Positions 50,775 to 64,000 of a stretch of 64,000 nucleotides of DNA are shown piece by piece. Made by a program: the position numbers and the translations under genes. Position 1 is the stretch's first letter; the number at the start of each line of letters is the position of its first letter. Below the pieces are notes generated by a model that did not search any database, was not told the origin of the DNA, and was given only the letters and a program-made list of their open reading frames with translations. The stretch comes from the human T2T-CHM13v2.0 reference genome, Homo sapiens. The stretch lies in the NCBI RefSeq assembly GCF_009914755.1, contig NC_060934.1; one strand, 5' to 3'.

Positions 50775-51005
50775 TATAACATAAAACGTACCATTTCAGC
50801 CATTTTAAAGTGTACAGTTCCATGGCATTAAATACATTCACACTGTGGGCCGTTACCCACAGAACTCTTTCCATCTTGCAAAACTGACTCACTGTACCCG
50901 TTAAACAATAACTCCCCATTCCCCCTCCCCAGCTCCAGTAACCACCATTCTGCATTCTGTCTCTATGAATCTGACTACTCTAAATACCTCATGAGAATGG
51001 AATCT
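50775..51005 (-). mobile_element. L1MB-type 3' end fragment
   Basis: tgtacagttc..ggcattaaatacattcac...gtacccgttaaacaataactcccc...gtctctatgaat. Confidence 0.75.
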
Positions 51006-51133
51006 CTTACATATTTTTGAAATCTGGTTATCTTTAGATTGTATAGACTTTTCTCAGAGACAAAACTTGGAAGTGGACAAAACTGTATTTCCCATTTTGT
51101 CTTTCACATTGCTATTATCGTCTTCCTGTGTCA

Positions 51134-51358
<225 letters not shown>

Positions 51359-51879
51359 TTAACTGGATATGAGAATAACTTCTCCTTGAAAAAAGTTATT
51401 GGTTATGGAGAGCTTATGTTATTATTTTTCATTCTAATGCCACTTATTCCATTTGCTTCCTCTTTCCAAGTTTCGGTAGAAGTGCTACAGTAAATTCAGC
51501 AACTTAATAAGTAGCAGGGCTTATTTCTGCTCCTCCAATCAATCTAGCTTAGCAGTCACCCCAAATCTCCTGGGAGTGTGAACTCTACCCCATCTGTGTT
51601 CCTAAAGCCCTTTACATACACTTAGAGCAGAACATTCATCATATCAAACTAGGTAACTGATGTTTGTATTTTTCTCCTTTACTAAAGTTTCTCGTGGTAA
51701 GGGCTATACTTGTCCCATAATGCCTGGCACTTATCAAACAGACACTAGATAACACTTGTGGAATTAAATAGGATGACACACCCAAGTTAACACACGATTT
51801 TAAGGTGTTATACAAAAATATATAAAAAGGCTATATAAAATTATAGTTGGGCTTCCTGTTAATGATTTTATCTATTTCA

Positions 51880-57618
<5,739 letters not shown>

Positions 57619-60088
57619 TCAAGAGATGATGCTATGAGGATGAAATGAGGTCATGTATGTAAAGCATGACACATAACAGCCACTGAAAAGACTACCCTCG
57701 TGTTTTGTTTATTTTTTTAAAATAATTTTTCACGGGCCATTTTCTAACCAGAAAACATAAGTAACTGTTGGGAACAATCTTCAAATGTTGAACATGCTTG
57801 AGAACGACCACAAGCTCCATATATGTAGAAAGTGCTCCATAAATAATTACTGAATGAAGGAATCATATGTTAAATATAAGTGGTTAGTTACGTGCTAAAA
57901 TTACTGTCATTTTAGTATTTTAGTAATTCATCAAGAACCTGGCACTGTAAAGCAGGGGTAAAATAGCTGACTCTAAATGTTCAGAGAAACCCATATTTGG
58001 GTTTTTGCCACAGTTACCCAAATTTGAAAAAAAATATGTATTTGTCACAGCTGAAGTTTAAAACAAAAACCAAAAAAACCTTGGGGTTCACGCTTCAGTT
58101 GTACAGTTAACCATGGGGGCTCATGGGATACCAGATGGGATACACTTAAGTCACACGACTGACTAAATTCAGTGTTTCACTTCAAGTTTTAAGAACAGCT
58201 CACGCTTGTGGAGATAGAAAAAAAATGTTTTTGGGAAACCAGATAAAGAATCCGGAATAATTTGTCTTAATTTCTTATTGTTCATCTTAGGAAAAAGGAA
58301 AAAAGAAAAACAAAATCTGTTTTCATCATTGAACACAACAGTTGTATACAACAGTGTTGTATATACACTGTAAATTTGTTGTATACTGTGCCAATTTGCA
58401 CCTGGAAACATGGGCAGTGGTTAATTTACTGTGGCCTGTAATTATAAATTAAACAATCATGGATTACACAGTACACTTAATTGATCAACAAACTGGGAAA
58501 AGTTAGCCAACTCTCATGCACTTCTCATCCATAATGATGAATCTCAATCTCTGTTGGTTCGGCATGCCCTTTTCATTCCAATTCTAGCTATTTTCTGGGT
58601 AAATATTTATGTTTGTACTCATTTGTTGAGAAAAACTTTAACTTTAAAAGGACAGCTCACGTATAAATGATTAAGAAAAAGAAACAGTTGTAAAAATCTG
58701 TTTAGCCTGAGGTTAAAAAAAAACTGCAAGTGTAGCAAGTGTGAAATGTGATTGGCAACTTCAGATCAAATAACCCTACTTCTTTAACAATCTGACAATG
58801 TAAAATCAATTGAGTTTTTTTTTTCCTTTCTAAATCTACTCACTGGATAATCTGACCAAACATACATCTATTTTTTTTTTTCCTGGGCATCTAGTTTTTT
58901 TTTTTTTTTTTTACTTCTTAAATCAACAGAAATGGCTCAACATTTCTAAAAGTCAAGAAAGGAACTAGGAAGAGAGTTGGAGCAGTGACTATAAGTTTGA
59001 TGACAGGCTCTTTGCAGCCAACTAACCTGCTTTAAGTGTTCAAAATCAATTTTTCTTTGATAGCTCTAAAATTACTCAATTCCATTTTAACTCCCTCCAA
59101 CTAACTGTACAGACATTAACAAGAAACAGAGTGTCAACGGTCAGATCTGTCACAACCATAATTTAGAATTTGGGAAAGCTTTAATTGGGACTGACAGAGA
59201 AAAGCCTTGCCCCGGATTGAAGTTCGATCTCCATTTTTAACTTCTCGTTCTTTTCAGTTTGGAGAACTCAAGCTAGGATTAAGATCTTTTGGTCCTGGTA
59301 TGGTCACACGCAAGAGGAGACTGCAAAAGGTTTCGAAGGAAATTCTAGAGACGGAGCAGCTAATATGTCTTCATCAACATGGATTATGTATTGAATGAAA
59401 AATCGGTCATCACCAACAATCAGATCCTGCAAAACTCTCAGCAAATAACTAAATAATTCGGGACTGAGGAAGCGCACCCGCCACGCAGACACCAAGACGG
59501 CGTAAAATCCACCAGGCATCCCTTCCAAGCGGCACCCCTTTGTGTCGTGGGACTTACTTCCCTACCCCCCAGGGGCCCGCACAGCGCGAGAAGGAGGAGA
59601 GCTAGGCTACCATCTCCCCTGCTACCGCCAGGGCGACCTCAGAGCCAATGGGGCCGGCCTTCTCTCCGCTTCTGGCCGGGCTCCAGACGAACCCCACTTT
59701 ACTGCAAAGCCGCGAGACCGATTGCCCGGGAAGTCTAAGCCTGCTAGCGAAAGCTGCTCTCCGCAGTTCCTGGGATCCGCCCTCACCCCTGTCCCCAGAG
59801 TAATGATGGAGCCCGGGCTCCGCACCCGGCCAGCCGCGCACTCTGCCAGCCCCTTCCCCAAGCCTCGGACCAGCTGCAAGCCCCGCCTTCCTCTCCAGGC
59901 CCAGGCCTCCCTCCAGGGCCCACCCTCGGGTCTCCCCGCCGACCCCCGAAATCAGTCCACAACCCAGATAGCAGGCTGAGCGACGTCCCATTCCCTCCTT
60001 GGCTTTAAGCGCAGTGCTCCGCCCTGGGCCTGGGGACGGGAGGGGGATAACCGGCCGGCTCCAAGGGGGCCCAGGCCCCCACACTCAC

Positions 60089-60091
60089 CAT
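60089..60091 (-). CDS. ARL3: ARL3 exon 1 coding part: initiator ATG only, directly followed by a GTGAGT donor
   Basis: + strand actcacCAT = minus ATG|GTGAGT inside the CpG island; joins exon 2 to give [10 protein letters not shown]. Confidence 0.93.
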
Positions 60092-60105
60092 CCTCCCGCC
60101 GAGTC

Positions 60106-60126
60106 CCTCCTCCTCCTCCTCCTCCT
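60106..60126 (-). repeat. ARL3: (AGG)7 trinucleotide repeat in the ARL3 5' UTR
   Basis: Seven CCT units on +, 14 nt from the ATG. Confidence 0.95.
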
Positions 60127-60369
60127 GCTGCCTCCCCCGTTACCAGGGGCAACTGCTGCGGCGCCACCCCCGACGTCCCTCGCACGCACAGCTGAGGAGC
60201 TGAGCAGCAATACGGGGCGGGGTGCAGCTCCGCTTTCCCCAGAGTGCGCAAGTGCGCTAAGGCGCCCGCCCACGCAGTGGGCGGGCTACGGGAGCTGCCG
60301 AGGCCGCCGCCGGCTCGCCTGGACCAGGGAGTGGAGAAAGCCTGCCCACGTGGCTGGCGGGAGCCTCCC

Positions 60370-60497
60370 GGCCTGGGATTGGTCGAAAAGGAGGGGCGTG
60401 GGGCGGGCGTGGGGGCAGTTCCCCAGCCCAGGTCCTCCTCTCACCCGGGCCAGTTTTCAAGGCGGGCTGTAACTGGTGGCATTTGTCCCGGGACCAG
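60370..60497 (+). other. SFXN2: SFXN2 (sideroflexin 2) non-coding first exon; start approximate; coding exons lie beyond the window
   Basis: Strong CAG|GTAAGG donor at 60498 facing away from ARL3; identity comes from known head-to-head gene order, not from coding sequence. Confidence 0.7.
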
Positions 60498-60810
60498 GTA
60501 AGGGGCCTTGGGACAATGGCGCTCGCCCTGTCTACCTCCAATCCCCACATCTCGGGTGGGTGCTGAGATTGCTGTCCTGACTGCCCAGGCGGGGCTGCAG
60601 CGCGGGCTGGACTTCCACCTGCAGAAGCCACGTGGCGCGAAGAGCGCCCTGGGGCTGCAGATGGGCCTCTCTGCTCTGACCCCCATTGCCTAGGAGTGCC
60701 AGGCCGAGCGGCTGGGGCGTTACGAGCTGTCCGGGATGGGGGAGTACCGATGGGGGGAGGCCGTCTGTCGGAGGGCAAGAAGCAGCCTGGGGGCTGGCCC
60801 TGAGCCCTGA

Positions 60811-63241
<2,431 letters not shown>

Positions 63242-64000
63242 TCAAGCTGTGACATTCTCTAATCCTAGGAGGGAGATATCATTAAATCACTGGTCTGATT
63301 TTTACTCCTACTTTGTTCCTAGTAGTGGGACCATACAGAAGTGGGGCTACCCTGGACATGATGATGACCTTTTTAGGGAAGACTAGATGTGGCTTGTGTG
63401 GGAGGAGGGACAGTAACTGTAGAAGAAAATTTAGAGACCAGTATGACTTAGTACAGGCAAGGTAGACAGTTTTGCAACTTCATGAAAGAAAGCGTGCTCT
63501 TAATTCTGTAACCTAGGCAGGTTCTAAGTTTGACTTAAAAGAGGTGACATCCTTGATGCCAAGAGACCCAAGAAGAAGTTGGAATGCATTTCAGGTAAGC
63601 AGTAAATATTCTTCGAGGGCATGTGAAACATGTAGCAGTAAACATCACAGACATGATCCCGATGCTTGTGAGCCTTACAGTCTGTCAGGGGAGGCAGACT
63701 TTACACAAATCACAGTCAATGACAAGAAGGTGACAATCACAAACGCCCAGCATGCTGCAAAGGACAGGATGCTGTAGGAGTATATATCACAGAAGGATTT
63801 GAGTTTGTCCTGAAGGAGTCGGGGAAGAGTGCCCATTGGGGGACAGTGGGTGTGTGGGGGGAAATGTTCCAGACAGATCGTTTAGTGTTTTTTTTGTTTT
63901 GTTTTTGTTTTGGCTTTATGTTTTATTTAAGACAGGGACTCTGCAGTTTCTATCCTGACTTCAATTAAGAAGGCAAAGGCTCTTGCATAATTAGCAAATG

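Noticed and set aside
58335-58390. Palindrome-rich GTTGTATACAAC stretch
   Set aside because: Low-complexity local slippage; too short and irregular to call a hairpin RNA or MITE
63517-63600. Possible cryptic SFXN2 5' UTR exon ending at CAG|GTAAGC (63594/63595)
   Set aside because: Good donor but weak acceptor; cannot be supported without transcript data

Overview
Human (primate) genomic DNA, very Alu-dense (about 60 Alu copies or fragments), recognisable as the TRIM8-ARL3-SFXN2 locus (10q24.32, from prior knowledge). The + strand carries TRIM8 coding exons 2-6 (457-3146) and its 3' UTR (to ~4110); the RING/B-box exon 1 lies upstream of the window. About 15 kb of intergenic DNA with GC-rich, enhancer-like patches follows. 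The complete ARL3 gene is on the - strand: 6 exons, ATG at 60089-60091, stop at 22727, 182 aa, and a 3' UTR to ~19560. ARL3 shares a CpG-island bidirectional promoter (~59450-60960) with the non-coding first exon of SFXN2 (+). All exon boundaries were checked by hand for GT-AG and frame. No CRISPR, rRNA/tRNA or novel protein-coding gene is supported, and I do not see firm evidence for a wholly new biological system. The best leads are: (1) all ARL3 introns are phase 0 and exons 4 and 5 are bracketed by inverted Alus, so back-spliced circles would be stop-free, AUG-free endless ORFs; (2) consensus RFX X-boxes in both the ARL3 5' UTR and distal 3' UTR; (3) an unexplained exact 19-bp direct repeat 1.29 kb apart in unique ARL3 intron 5 DNA; (4) a Cys/His cluster in the TRIM8 C-terminus; (5) long (AAAAT)n arrays grown from Alu tails; (6) an 8-fold CAGCTG E-box cluster; (7) repeated reuse of the same retrotransposon target site, seen as triplicated TSDs.
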